Assembly: GCA_965203805.1 (NCBI GenBank)
Contig: OZ241917.1
Coordinates: 2,976,001 to 3,040,000 of the forward strand
Source: Candidatus Latescibacterota bacterium
GTDB lineage: Bacteria; Latescibacterota; UBA2968; GCA-2709665
Reading direction: 5' to 3'
Length of the DNA: 64,000 nt
The notes under the pieces are model-generated. The model made no database searches. It had not been told where the DNA came from and saw only the letters and a list, made by a program, of their open reading frames with translations. The position numbers and the translations under genes were made by a program. How positions within the stretch are numbered: the stretch's first letter is position 1; each line of letters begins with the position of its first letter. Shown here piece by piece: positions 1 to 10,430 of the stretch.

Positions 1-1
1 C

Positions 2-1372
2 TGCGTGCTGCCGGCGGTGGGCAGCGGCCTGTTCACACCGCCCGAAATTTTCCTGAGCGAGTGCTGTCGTTTCATCCAGGGGATGACGCTGGGAGCGGAA
101 AAGGTGAGCGTGATGCTGGCGCAGGGCATGTCGCACCCCGAGTTCCACCGGCCGTTGGACGAAAGGGACGGCTGGTGGCAGGCCGTGGTTCCGCCGGCCC
201 TGGGCGTGGATCGCGTGACAGCCTATACGTACCGGCTTCAGCGGGCGTCGCCGATGCACAGGACTTTTCAGGATGCGTTTCGTCTGGACCCCTATTTCGA
301 ACGCACCGAGCCCGTTGTTTCCGTCGCCGTCGTGGACAGCCTGGAAACCCAGTGTTACGACGAGTCCTTACCCGCCAGGGGCCGCGAGAACTGGCGCATG
401 AGCCGGATGTTCTCCATCGGGCAGATGGCCTCGCACTACGGTCTTTCCCATGGGTATCTGCCCTCGTCGAAGCTGACTTCCGAACATCTCGAACGGTATC
501 CGGCGGTGGTGCTGCCCAATGTCTCCTGCCTGTCCTCCGGCCAACGAGATGCCCTCCTGACGTACGTTCAGGACGGCGGCACGCTGGTGGCGGCGGGGGA
601 AACGGCCACCCGGGACGAGATGGGACGCCCTTCGGATCTTTCGTTTCTCAGGGAGGGTTTCGGGATCTCTTCTTGCACGCCGGCAGGGGGTCCCCGCATC
701 TTCGACGCCGTGAGCGACCACGCGGCGTTCGAAAACCTTCCATGGCCGGATGAGAGAACCGCGTGGGATCCATGGAAGGGCGCCAACCGCCCTGTCCTCG
801 GGCTGGACCTGGCGGTGGATGTGACGTCGGAGGGCGAAGCGGATGTGCTGGCTGTGTTCGAGGAAGCGGGATCCCCGACCTCGTGTCCCGCCGTCACTTT
901 GAAGCGCTTCGGCAGGGGGAATGCCGTATTCGTGGCGGGCATCCCGTCCAGGTGGTTGGATCTGAGGCCGGCGGGCACCACCGTTCTCAGCTTTTCCCGC
1001 CAGGTGCTAGCGCAGTTGATCCTGTCACTGGTGGGAGAGAGGTTGCCCGTGGTCGCGAAGGGATTTCCGCCGCGGGTGCCGCTGCAGGAGGCCAGACCTC
1101 TGGATATTCGATGGAAGCCGACCGTGGAAATCATGCCCTCGGTGGGCGAAGACCTGATCCTGGTGACGGTGCCGTCCTATTTCAGGGAACCCGGCGCATT
1201 CCGGATCGAAGCGAGGCTGCCGGACGGCAAAGAATGCGCCGAGGTTAGGGAACTGGTGTCGGACCAGCCCGTAGCGGAAACGAGACAGGATGGGCGATCG
1301 GTGGAAATCGACGTCGACCTGACCACCGAGGACTTCCTGAAGGTGTACGCCTTCTCCCTGACGCGCGTGTAA
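2..1372 (+). CDS. Beta-galactosidase trimerisation (GATase-like) domain protein, 5'-truncated by window edge
   Basis: Frame open from the left edge; 'YPAVVLPNVSCLS...LLTYVQDGGTLVAAGET...DEMGR' is typical of the GH42-type trimerisation domain. Confidence 0.6.
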   Translation, partial: CVLPAVGSGLFTPPEIFLSECCRFIQGMTLGAEKVSVMLAQGMSHPEFHRPLDERDGWWQAVVPPALGVDRVTAYTYRLQRASPMHRTFQDAFRLDPYFERTEPVVSVAVVDSLETQCYDESLPARGRENWRMSRMFSIGQMASHYGLSHGYLPSSKLTSEHLERYPAVVLPNVSCLSSGQRDALLTYVQDGGTLVAAGETATRDEMGRPSDLSFLREGFGISSCTPAGGPRIFDAVSDHAAFENLPWPDERTAWDPWKGANRPVLGLDLAVDVTSEGEADVLAVFEEAGSPTSCPAVTLKRFGRGNAVFVAGIPSRWLDLRPAGTTVLSFSRQVLAQLILSLVGERLPVVAKGFPPRVPLQEARPLDIRWKPTVEIMPSVGEDLILVTVPSYFREPGAFRIEARLPDGKECAEVRELVSDQPVAETRQDGRSVEIDVDLTTEDFLKVYAFSLTRV

Positions 1373-1419
1373 TCGGACGGACGCGCCGACACGATTTCGA
1401 GCAACGACAGCTTTGGCAA

Positions 1420-1854
1420 TCAGGAACGATTGAGTCGCGACCGGATACAGGCGTCCACACCGTACTTTCCGGAACCCACCAGCAGGAACATCACCGCGAT
1501 CGACAGATACAGAATCGCCAGTTCCTTCTCGCCGAACGGGTCGGCTCCATGCACGCCGAATGCGGCCACCAGCATCGTGAATCCCATCAGCGCCGTGCCC
1601 GGCCGCGTCAGCAGTCCCAGCGCCAGCATCAGCCCGCCCCCGAACTCCCCGAAGGCGGCCGCCCAGGCGAATAACTCCGGAAGCGGAAACCCCAGCTTTG
1701 CCGTACCGGCCACAAGTCCCGCGGAAGGCGGGAGCTTCCCTATTCCGTGCCCGAATGCCATGCTCAAACCGGCAATGACCCTCAGGATCGCCAGTCCCAG
1801 ATTCGCCTTGTCGGACTCAATCTCCGCACCGCCAAACAACAGTTCCCTGTACAT
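1420..1854 (-). CDS. DoxX family membrane protein
   Basis: 144 aa, 4 hydrophobic segments, 'LAILRV..G..M..HG..K', 'EFGGGLMLALGLLTR', 'GSGKYGVD'; GGAGG RBS. Confidence 0.9.
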   Translation of the reverse strand: MYRELLFGGAEIESDKANLGLAILRVIAGLSMAFGHGIGKLPPSAGLVAGTAKLGFPLPELFAWAAAFGEFGGGLMLALGLLTRPGTALMGFTMLVAAFGVHGADPFGEKELAILYLSIAVMFLLVGSGKYGVDACIRSRLNRS

Positions 1855-1976
1855 ACGTTGCCTCCCTGTTGTGGATTGAACCTATACGCGAGCCTACCAT
1901 CTCCTTGCCGTAATCTACAAATCCGTGCAACAGTTACATCTCGAATAAAGGATCGTGCGGACCCTGGAGTCGCGTC

Positions 1977-2726
1977 CTACTCTGCGAGCGGATGAAAATC
2001 GTCGCCGGACATTGGTTTGTGCTTTTTCCAAAGAGCCTTCATCTCGATCAGGACCCGTTGCTTCGACGGAGCAGGTAATGGATTCACGCGAACCACCTCG
2101 GCACGATAATCTCCTGGCGACTCAGCCATCGCCTTAACCAGATCCTCCACCAGATATCGTGGCGCCCATCCGATCATGTGGTAATCTTCGGTCTGGATTT
2201 GCACAGCCAGACCGGTTTTCGGATTGGTCAACTCAAGCGTCACGTAAAGCTGATCGCCGGCTTCAAGGCATTCGATCCGCTTCTGTGCGGATTCATTGAC
2301 ATGCCGCCATCCGTGCAGGAAGAAGCGGCAGACGAAACTACCGTTTTTGTCCTTTTCGAGTTTAGGAAAAACCTCGTAGGAATCCGTCACGCGAGAACCG
2401 CCGCTCCTCGACAGAATCTCAATGGGATCGGCACCCTCACGCAGGTCGAGATAACTGAGATAATCGGCACGATCCGGTCGCGCCCGATTAATAACCCGGT
2501 TTTGAAAAAGTGGAAAAAGTCTCGGTGAATCATACATCTCTTTCAGGTTTGGGAACTCGATAAGAGGCGAAAATCCTACCTCTTCCTGTGCACGCTGCGC
2601 GCCTCCAATGTAGCGAAAGCGATACAACGGCCGTTTAACGTCGGCATCCAGTCGGCCCACGGGAAACCACTGCCTGCTCGATTCCTTTTTGTGCTGCCAC
2701 GCTAGATACAAAGTTCTAACACTCAC
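1977..2726 (-). CDS. HipA-N/HipS-like plus HIRAN domain protein (putative kinase partner)
   Basis: N-term 'LYLAWQ...WFPVGRL...YRFRY...LFPLFQNRV'; C-term HIRAN-like 'FFLHGWRH...LELTNP...AVQI...IGWAPRYL'; GTGA overlap with the upstream kinase stop. Confidence 0.75.
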   Translation of the reverse strand: MSVRTLYLAWQHKKESSRQWFPVGRLDADVKRPLYRFRYIGGAQRAQEEVGFSPLIEFPNLKEMYDSPRLFPLFQNRVINRARPDRADYLSYLDLREGADPIEILSRSGGSRVTDSYEVFPKLEKDKNGSFVCRFFLHGWRHVNESAQKRIECLEAGDQLYVTLELTNPKTGLAVQIQTEDYHMIGWAPRYLVEDLVKAMAESPGDYRAEVVRVNPLPAPSKQRVLIEMKALWKKHKPMSGDDFHPLAE

Positions 2727-3625
2727 TGAACAAGCCCTCCTAACTGCTCAATACCATAGTGCATCTGTGCAATGGCGAAATCTCTCGCCGAAGGTGACAT
2801 CCAATTTTTCGGCACACGATCCACGAGTTCACTTAAGGATTTTTTGTCCAGTCTTTCGAGATTTTCGAGTGCAGGGCGGAAGATATCCGGAAAGCCGCGC
2901 GCCGCGCGCCTTACGAGTTCAAGTGGGCTAGGGCCGCGAGCGTCCTCCTCTGTCCAGTAAATCGCTCCGTGCCCTCTTTCGACATAGTTGCCTACCCTAT
3001 TCTCATCCAAAAGTCTGTCACGGCGATCGTCTCGAAGCTCTCGGCCCAACGAAGACGCATGATCGAAAGACGGTGCCAACAAACACTTCAAGTCCTCACC
3101 GGCAAGATTAAACAGAATCCCCCAGTTCTCGTGATGACGATCGGTATTGCCAATCACCGCGTCCAGAACAAGGTAATCTGCGATGCAGAGTTTCCCGTGC
3201 AACTTTGCTTCAGATTCTACGAAAACCTCGTCCATTACTTGCCAGATATTCGTCAGTGTATGACTTGACTGACCGTATTTCCTTCCCGCTTCGTAACCGT
3301 GAACAAACCATTCCAACATTTGGTTGCCATGGACGAGTTCATCTTCATCAGGCACGAACGATTCCGTTACTGATCCTTGCACACCTTCAAAAGTCGCCAA
3401 TTCAACCGTCGCGTGTCCAATATTCAGTAACTCGGCGATCTCAGCCGCGATTTTCTCTGCCCAGTGCTCTCCAGTGTCTCGTCGAGGATATTTAAAGAGC
3501 CAACTACACTCGTTTTCCCCTGGACGCTGATACCAGAACTTTTCCTTACTTCCCATTTCCTCGGGATCGAGGATCCAATCTTGTTTTACTTCCCTTACTT
3601 CAAAAAAACAAGGGGGTTTGCTCAT
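2723..3625 (-). CDS. HipA-like (HipA_C/CtkA-type) Ser/Thr kinase
   Basis: 'GSKEKFW', 'WLFKYP', 'GEHWAEKIA', catalytic 'DAVIGNTDRHHENWG', 'LAPSFDHASSLG'. Confidence 0.85.
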   Translation of the reverse strand: MSKPPCFFEVREVKQDWILDPEEMGSKEKFWYQRPGENECSWLFKYPRRDTGEHWAEKIAAEIAELLNIGHATVELATFEGVQGSVTESFVPDEDELVHGNQMLEWFVHGYEAGRKYGQSSHTLTNIWQVMDEVFVESEAKLHGKLCIADYLVLDAVIGNTDRHHENWGILFNLAGEDLKCLLAPSFDHASSLGRELRDDRRDRLLDENRVGNYVERGHGAIYWTEEDARGPSPLELVRRAARGFPDIFRPALENLERLDKKSLSELVDRVPKNWMSPSARDFAIAQMHYGIEQLGGLVQ

Positions 3626-4203
3626 TTTATTCTAATCAGGCGTACGGATCGAACAACATTTGGCGAATCAGTCTCTTGCGATTTACAGAAACCACGTCAT
3701 TGGACATATGCTAGACGCCCAAAGGCCGACTCAGGTTGCGGCGAACAGGTGAATACTGTGCGATTCACCGAAACGACGCTCTCATTCTCTTCAAGGGAAA
3801 GGGGCTGTTTTTTGCCAGTCTTTCGCGATCAGATGTCGGAGAAAAACTCGCGGGGTTGATTTGAATCCGTACTCCGTCACGGTGTCAATCGTGTTGCTCT
3901 TTGCATCCCATAAGCTTACCTTACACCTGAAGTGACTTCCCCCAATGCATCCCCGTGTCGGACGCTCCAGGCGCAGTTGAGACCCCTTTCCATCTTCCAA
4001 CCACAACACTGAAAGTCAGTATCGCGAAAGAGACAATGCGGTGCGGCTTCGCCTGCTGGAAACCCGTCCGTAATTCAACGCCGACAACGATTCAAGTATA
4101 GTACTTAGTCATCTGAAAAGCAAGATCGGTCGGGTGCCGTTCCCTCGCCGGGCAAGGCCCCGCGACGACTCCGTTCCTGTCGGCGATGAAAGGAGACGAT
4201 TAT

Positions 4204-5364
4204 ATGAAGATCACCGACGTAAAGGTACTGCCCATCGATCGGTATCTCTTTGTCCAGGTGCATACCGATGAGGGGATCGTGGGACTGGGTGAGTCCGGCG
4301 CGTGGGGGTACCTCGAAGCCTCCGGCGAGGTCGTAAAGAGCTTCAGGGAATACCTGATCGGAAAGGACCCGCTTCGGATCGAACACCACTGGCAGGTCCT
4401 GTACAGGTGTACGCACTTCCGGGGCGCGGCGATCATGGGCGCCCTGAGCGCAGTGGACATCGCCCTCTGGGATATCGCCGGCAAGTATTTCGGCGTGCCG
4501 AGCTATCAGCTTCTGGGCGGCAAGTGCCGCGAGAAGGCCCGGGTCTACGGCCACGTGATCGGGAGCACCAAGGAGGAGCTCTTGAGGGGCTGTGTGCAGG
4601 CAAAAGCCGAGGGATATACGGCCGTGGGCCACCTGACGCCCTTTCTGGATGAGTCGCGAAATGTCCCGTACTACAAGACCCATACGGACAAGATTCAGGA
4701 CGCGATTCAGACGGTGGCGGCGTACCGGGAGGCCGTCGGCGACGAGGTGGACCTGTGCATCGAGATCCACCGGCGGCTGGACCCGGCCGAAGCCATCGTG
4801 CTGGGCAGGGCTATCGAACCCTATCGTCCGTTTTTCTACGAGGACCCCATCCGGCCGGACAACATTGACGCCATGGCCGAAGTCGCGCAGAAGATCGCGG
4901 TCCCCATCGCCACCGGCGAACGCATCCACACGATCTACGAATTCGAAATGCTTCTCGCGCGCAACGCGGTCCAGTACGTACGGCCGGACGTCTGCATGGC
5001 CGGCGGCATCACCCATTGCAAGAAGATCGCGGCCCTCGCCGAGGCGCACTACGTGGACGTGGTGCCGCACAATCCGCTCAGCCCCGTGAGCACGGCCGCC
5101 TGCGTTCAGCTTGCCGCGTGCATTCCCAATTTCGCGCTGCAGGAGTACCCGAGGGGTGAAGGCGAACCGCCGAAGAGCGAAATCGTGTCCGGCGCGCTCA
5201 CGCTGGAAGACGGATTCCTGATCATCCCCGATGCTCCGGGGATCGGCGTGGAACTCGCAGAAGGCGCCGCGGAAAAATACCCGTTTCTTTCACACCGGCC
5301 GTTGCTGGATGAGGGCATGATGGTCACCAGGCTGCACGTCGACGGGTCGGTCGTGGACCAGTAG
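4204..5364 (+). CDS. Mandelate racemase/muconate lactonizing (enolase superfamily) enzyme, galactonate dehydratase-like
   Basis: 'ALSAVDIALWDIAGK', 'EIHRRL', 'FYEDP', 'IATGER', 'RPDVCMAGGIT', 'PHNPLSP', C-term 'DGSVVDQ'; AAGGAG RBS before ATG 4204. Confidence 0.85.
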   Translation: MKITDVKVLPIDRYLFVQVHTDEGIVGLGESGAWGYLEASGEVVKSFREYLIGKDPLRIEHHWQVLYRCTHFRGAAIMGALSAVDIALWDIAGKYFGVPSYQLLGGKCREKARVYGHVIGSTKEELLRGCVQAKAEGYTAVGHLTPFLDESRNVPYYKTHTDKIQDAIQTVAAYREAVGDEVDLCIEIHRRLDPAEAIVLGRAIEPYRPFFYEDPIRPDNIDAMAEVAQKIAVPIATGERIHTIYEFEMLLARNAVQYVRPDVCMAGGITHCKKIAALAEAHYVDVVPHNPLSPVSTAACVQLAACIPNFALQEYPRGEGEPPKSEIVSGALTLEDGFLIIPDAPGIGVELAEGAAEKYPFLSHRPLLDEGMMVTRLHVDGSVVDQ

Positions 5365-5442
5365 GCTGCATCAGTAGCGTTATTTTCGAGGCGGCCGGCC
5401 TTTTTCGCGGAAGCCTTATTTTAAGTCAATGGAGAACCCGAC

Positions 5443-6237
5443 ATGACAGCGCATCTCAGTGACGATCAGTGGGCGCAATTTGAGAAGGAAGGGTATGTTC
5501 GCCTTGGAAGGGCGATGGACGACGACGAACTGGCGGACCTTCAGCAGCGCATCGACGACATCATGCTCGGTAACGTCAAGGTCCACGATCAGATGTTCAT
5601 GCAACTGGACAGCGAGACGGGCGACTATTCGGAGAAGCGCATCACAACGAGAGGGCACCAGGTATCGACGTTGAATTATCGAAAGATCCAGGACCTCGAG
5701 TTCGATCCGTTGTTCCTGTCCTACATACAGAAACCCGTTTTCCGCGACATCTGCGCGAGAGCCTACGGTCCGGAGACGCCGATATCCTGCTATCGGGCCA
5801 TGTTTATGAACAAACCGGCGGGGAAGGGCACAAACCTTCCCTGGCACCAGGACCGGTTCAGCATTCTCGACGCGGATCCGATCGTAACCGTGTGGACGGC
5901 GCTGGATCGGGTGTCGGTTGAAAACGGCTGCGTCGGGGTCGTGCCCGGGTCCCACCGAAGCACCTTCGACCAGGACGACTCCGCCAGCTTCGCCTTTTTG
6001 ACAGACGATCAGGCCGCTGCCGTTCTGGAAAGGGAAGCGCATGAATACCTGGAAATGGAGGCGGGGGAAGCGGCGCTGTTACATAACTGGCTGCTCCACG
6101 GATCGGGCGTGAACCGGACCGACGCCTCCCGCCGCGGGTTCAGCGTCTGTTACATGGACGCCGTCACAAGATCCGACCAGGGGACCACCTTTTCAATCAT
6201 CTTCGGCGAGGGCGCCCTCAATCCCGAGACGCTGTAG
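5443..6237 (+). CDS. Phytanoyl-CoA dioxygenase (PhyH) family Fe(II)/2OG oxygenase
   Basis: 'FEKEGYV', 'PWHQD', 'WTALD...ENGC..VVPGSH', 'LLHGSGVN'. Confidence 0.85.
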   Translation: MTAHLSDDQWAQFEKEGYVRLGRAMDDDELADLQQRIDDIMLGNVKVHDQMFMQLDSETGDYSEKRITTRGHQVSTLNYRKIQDLEFDPLFLSYIQKPVFRDICARAYGPETPISCYRAMFMNKPAGKGTNLPWHQDRFSILDADPIVTVWTALDRVSVENGCVGVVPGSHRSTFDQDDSASFAFLTDDQAAAVLEREAHEYLEMEAGEAALLHNWLLHGSGVNRTDASRRGFSVCYMDAVTRSDQGTTFSIIFGEGALNPETL

Positions 6238-6276
6238 GTTTCCACCAAGACACCCGCCTGTCCGAGGATTCCACAG

Positions 6277-8292
6277 GTGACAACCGAAGCTGGGACAGAC
6301 CCGAACGTCGGGATTCCGGAACCGGGCGCGGCGGCGGTCGACAGGGATGGTCTGACGCCGCGCGCGTTCGGAATCGGTCTCGTCCTGTGCGTACTCATGT
6401 GCGTGGGCCTCACCTACAACCGCATGATCACCCAGGGCTCCTTCATTGGCGGCGGGTACTACATGGACAGGGGCGCGCTGTTTGTCTTGTTCCTCCTTGT
6501 CCTGGCCGTGAATCCGCTGCTGGGCGTAATCAGGAACCGGTTCGCCCTGACGCGCGGCGAATTGCTCGCCATTTACGCCATGTTTCTCATTCTCCTGCCC
6601 GCGTGGGTGATGACGAAGCCGGTGATCCTCTATACGACCGGCGTCACATACCACGCGACGCCGGAGTTGCGTCATATCGAAGCCGTTCCCCCCCACCTGC
6701 TGCCCTGGCTGGTACCGCAGGGCGCCGGGACGGTCAAGAATCTCTACGAAGGACTTCCAAGAGGAGGTTCGATCCCGTGGCTGGGATGGGTTCTGCCCCT
6801 GTGGAGCTGGGGGTCGTTCCTTATCGTGCTCTTCATTGTGCTCATCTGCATGGGCGTGCTGATGCGCAAACAATGGGAGGAACACGAACGGTTTGCGTTC
6901 CCCCTGATGCAGGTACCGCTCGCGATGCTGGAGTCCGGAGAGGGCCGGATCGCCCCCGTGTTCCGCAGCCGGCTGATGGCCGCCGGGTTCGCGATCCCGT
7001 CTCTGGTCGGTACGCTTCGGGGGCTGAGATATTACTTTCCGAATATTCCCACTATCAACCTGGGGACGCACGTTCGGATCTTCCGGCGGACGATGGTGCT
7101 GCCTTTCAAAGTCCATTTCCTTGTACTCGCATATTCCTTTTTCATCAATCTGGACGTGAGTCTCAGCCTGTGGGTGATAAACCTGGTTACCAAGGTGATT
7201 CGCGGCACACTGGCGATGGTCGGCGCGGGCCAGACCTGGGGGGTGTCCGGTGTCGTGGGACGTTACAGTTCCCAGGGGTCCGAATTTCTGGCGTTGATGG
7301 GGATGGGGTATATTCTCGCGCTCGCCGCGTACAGCCTTTACGTTGCCAGGGGCCACCTCCGGCAGGTATGGGAACAGATCCGCGGCCGTGCATCGAGCCT
7401 GCAGGATTCGGACGAGGTCGTCTCCTACCGGTCGGCCGCGCTGGGCGTTGTTCTGGGCCTGAGTTACCTTGGACTGTGGCTCTACCAGGCGGGAATTTCG
7501 CCGCCGCTGGTTCTGTTTCTTCTCGTATCCAGTCTCATCGTCTTCTTTGTGATGGCGCGGATTGTGAGCGAAACGGGATTCGTCGCGACCTACTCCCCCC
7601 TCAATCCGTCCGAGTTCGTGGTGTGCGCGGTGGGCTCCGCCGCGTTCGGTCCGACGGGTCTCGCCACGCTGGGGATCAGCTACGTGTGGACGATGACGCG
7701 CAGAAATACGTTGATGCCGCACGCCATGGGGGCCCTTCGGCTGGCGCGCGAGATCGGAAGGAAGCGGGGGCTTGTCTGGGCAATGGGAGCGGCGCTGGTC
7801 CTGGGGCTGGTCGCCACGGGCTACACGACGTTGAGTTTCGGGTATACCCACGGCGGCGTCAATATCGACTATCCCTGGTTCAGCAACGTGAACGACGCGG
7901 CTTCGCCGTTCGACGAGTTCATCGGACGACGGCTGCTGGAACCCAGCCCGGTCTTCACGATGGGTTTCCTCTATACGGCCCTGGGTACCGGGGTTGCCGC
8001 CCTGCTGATTCTGCTCAGGATGCGTCTGCCCTGGTGGCCGTTCCATCCGGCCGCGTTACCATTGAGTACGGTGTGGTACATGGACTGGTTCGGATTCAGC
8101 GTGTTCCTGGCGTGGGGCATAAAGGCGATCGTTCTGCGGGTGGGCGGGGCGGACCTCTACCGAAAAGCGCGTCCGTTCTTTGTCGGGATGATCCTGGGCG
8201 AGGTCATCTGCTCGGGAGGTTGGTCGGTGGTAAGCGCCTTTACGGGACGGCTTAAAACCTGGCCGTTCATGGGCTACTGGAGTTCGTCGTAA
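6277..8292 (+). CDS. Polytopic membrane protein, DUF6785/DUF6784-like, paralog 1
   Basis: 671 aa, many TM segments; 'RKQWEEHERFAFPLMQVP', 'ARIVSETG', 'RLPWWPFHP', 'LYRKARPFFVGMILGE'. Confidence 0.75.
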   Translation: MTTEAGTDPNVGIPEPGAAAVDRDGLTPRAFGIGLVLCVLMCVGLTYNRMITQGSFIGGGYYMDRGALFVLFLLVLAVNPLLGVIRNRFALTRGELLAIYAMFLILLPAWVMTKPVILYTTGVTYHATPELRHIEAVPPHLLPWLVPQGAGTVKNLYEGLPRGGSIPWLGWVLPLWSWGSFLIVLFIVLICMGVLMRKQWEEHERFAFPLMQVPLAMLESGEGRIAPVFRSRLMAAGFAIPSLVGTLRGLRYYFPNIPTINLGTHVRIFRRTMVLPFKVHFLVLAYSFFINLDVSLSLWVINLVTKVIRGTLAMVGAGQTWGVSGVVGRYSSQGSEFLALMGMGYILALAAYSLYVARGHLRQVWEQIRGRASSLQDSDEVVSYRSAALGVVLGLSYLGLWLYQAGISPPLVLFLLVSSLIVFFVMARIVSETGFVATYSPLNPSEFVVCAVGSAAFGPTGLATLGISYVWTMTRRNTLMPHAMGALRLAREIGRKRGLVWAMGAALVLGLVATGYTTLSFGYTHGGVNIDYPWFSNVNDAASPFDEFIGRRLLEPSPVFTMGFLYTALGTGVAALLILLRMRLPWWPFHPAALPLSTVWYMDWFGFSVFLAWGIKAIVLRVGGADLYRKARPFFVGMILGEVICSGGWSVVSAFTGRLKTWPFMGYWSSS

Positions 8293-8373
8293 TTCGCCCA
8301 TGGAGCTGACGCGGATCGGGCAACCCAGAGATCGAGAGATCATATTCAAGGCATACCCAAAAAGGAGAATGCA

Positions 8374-10395
8374 ATGCCAGAACGCGACCGGAATCTCCGT
8401 CGCGCCGCGCTGCTGCTTTTTCCGGACGCCGTGCTGAACGAGGCGACGCTCGACCGGATTGTCCGCGAAGGGTTCACCGACGTGGGCGCGGGAGTCACGG
8501 TCACGCCGGCGATCAAACAACAGGGCTTCTCGCTGGAACAGTCGGAGCGGCTCGCCCGGATGTGCGAGGAACGGGACCTGGGATTCATCGCCTTCACCGG
8601 GTACATAAAGTATAAAGAGCATCTGCTGGCGAAAGAACCCCACCGGCTGATGCATATGGTCGGCGATGACGGCGTACTGGACCTGGACGGGCTGCCGGTC
8701 CGGTATCTGTGTCCGTTTCGGCCCGAGAACAAGAGCCACTACCTCACCCTGCTGATGGAAATCTGCAACTGGCCCGCAGTGCGGGAAATCCACCTCAATG
8801 ACGAGGCGTGTCTCGGGTTCGGAGACGGCACGATCGGCTGTTACTGCGCGTTCTGCGAGGCTGAATTCAGCAAACGGACCGGTGTCAAGCCTCCCCGGAT
8901 TGCGGATTGGGATGACCCGTTGTGGTATACATGGCTGGAAGGCCGCTTTGAAAACTGGGACGCGGTACACTCGGAATTTCGAAGCGCCATCAAAAACGTC
9001 CGTCCCGATGTGACTGTTGGCATCCAGCACAGTCCCGCCATCCCCGAGCGGAACTACAATGCCTGGCAGACCGCCATCCTCCTCGCCCGCGACGCGCGTT
9101 CACAGGACGTCATCGCCACGGATCCCTATCACTTCAATCACGACGACCTCATCCTGCACCGGCCTCACCGCAGGATCCTCTCGGAGACCACGAGAAGTCT
9201 GATGGGCGCCTGCATGGACCGGCAGGTGGACATCTATCCCCAGGGTTTCATGCCGCCGGAACAGGCCGTGCCGATGGGCAGGCAGGACGGTCTCCTGGCC
9301 GGCGTGGTGCCATTCGCGCTGGGCGCAGACCTCGTCATGCCGTTTACCTACGAGCAGATGAAGATCATCCCGGGGTTCTTCGAAGCATTCGACGAGACCC
9401 GGCGCCTCATGCCGGTGTTTGCGTCCCACCGTCCGTACAGCTTCGCCACGATGATCATGCCCCAGCAATCCGAAATCACCGGCCACTACGATTCGAACTG
9501 GGGACATACCGGATTGATCCGGATGGTCGACATGGTCTACCGGACGGGATTGCCGTGGCGATGGTTCTGGGACGGGCGCCTGGACGACGCGGGCGACCAG
9601 CTGACGGGCCCGGTGATCCTGCCCGAGGCGCACTGCCTTACGCAGTCCCAGCTCGATTGTATCAACGCGGTTGCGGAACGCGGAGAGGGTCTCCTGTGGG
9701 TCGGCAACCGGCCAGCCGGCCCCTGGAAAGGCACCGGCGCATGCGAGCTGCCTTGGGAGATCGAGTCGGGCGCCTTTGAAGTCGACCTCTTGCGCAACCA
9801 TCCGCTCACAGAGGGCCTGGAACATCCTGTAATCCTGAACACCCGGGTGGCAGGCGGGTATCCGGACGGGCAGGTGCTGGGGACCGTGGATGGCCGTCCG
9901 GCCCTGGTGCTGGTCGAGGAAGGAGCCCGTCGGGAGGCCTGGCTGGCGGGCATGCCTGCCGTGAAATATACCGGTAACGTCCCCGGGATGTCTTTTCTGG
10001 AGGAGACATCCAACGTGGCGTTGCTGAGGAGACTGATCCTGTGGGCGGGCGGCCGACGGCCCCTGGCGCGGTTGACTCCCTTTCCGCCCGTGGACGATTA
10101 CCGAACGCTGCGGCCGACCGACAGGAGGGCCGTGCCCACGATCGAGCTGCTTCCAATGGTCAATGGCAGCGATTCCCTGCTCGCCATCGTCTTTCCATAT
10201 ACGCCGGTCAGGAGCCAGACAGCGCTGGAGATCGTCCTTCCCGAAGGAGAAAGCGCACAAGACGTCAACGAGATCTGGTCCGGCGCAAACTGGAACGACC
10301 GCGTGATATCGGCGAAGGACGGAACGATGCGCATACCGCTCGATATTCCCGGCGATTGCGACCTCCTGGCAATACACATTCAGTCCGCAGGTTGA
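8374..10395 (+). CDS. GH42-like TIM-barrel protein with trimerisation-type domain (putative glycoside hydrolase)
   Basis: 'YLCP', 'HLNDE' acid/base-like motif, 'CYCAFC' Zn-site-like motif, 'VILPEAHCLT' C-domain; AAGGAG RBS. Confidence 0.55.
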   Translation: MPERDRNLRRAALLLFPDAVLNEATLDRIVREGFTDVGAGVTVTPAIKQQGFSLEQSERLARMCEERDLGFIAFTGYIKYKEHLLAKEPHRLMHMVGDDGVLDLDGLPVRYLCPFRPENKSHYLTLLMEICNWPAVREIHLNDEACLGFGDGTIGCYCAFCEAEFSKRTGVKPPRIADWDDPLWYTWLEGRFENWDAVHSEFRSAIKNVRPDVTVGIQHSPAIPERNYNAWQTAILLARDARSQDVIATDPYHFNHDDLILHRPHRRILSETTRSLMGACMDRQVDIYPQGFMPPEQAVPMGRQDGLLAGVVPFALGADLVMPFTYEQMKIIPGFFEAFDETRRLMPVFASHRPYSFATMIMPQQSEITGHYDSNWGHTGLIRMVDMVYRTGLPWRWFWDGRLDDAGDQLTGPVILPEAHCLTQSQLDCINAVAERGEGLLWVGNRPAGPWKGTGACELPWEIESGAFEVDLLRNHPLTEGLEHPVILNTRVAGGYPDGQVLGTVDGRPALVLVEEGARREAWLAGMPAVKYTGNVPGMSFLEETSNVALLRRLILWAGGRRPLARLTPFPPVDDYRTLRPTDRRAVPTIELLPMVNGSDSLLAIVFPYTPVRSQTALEIVLPEGESAQDVNEIWSGANWNDRVISAKDGTMRIPLDIPGDCDLLAIHIQSAG

Positions 10396-10430
10396 ATGCT
10401 CTCAAGCCGCAGTCCGGAGGTGCCCAACGA

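Noticed and set aside
1962-1975. CCCTGGAGTCGCGT repeated at ~42933
   Set aside because: A 14-bp match is expected by chance in 64 kb of GC-rich DNA, and the flanks do not extend it
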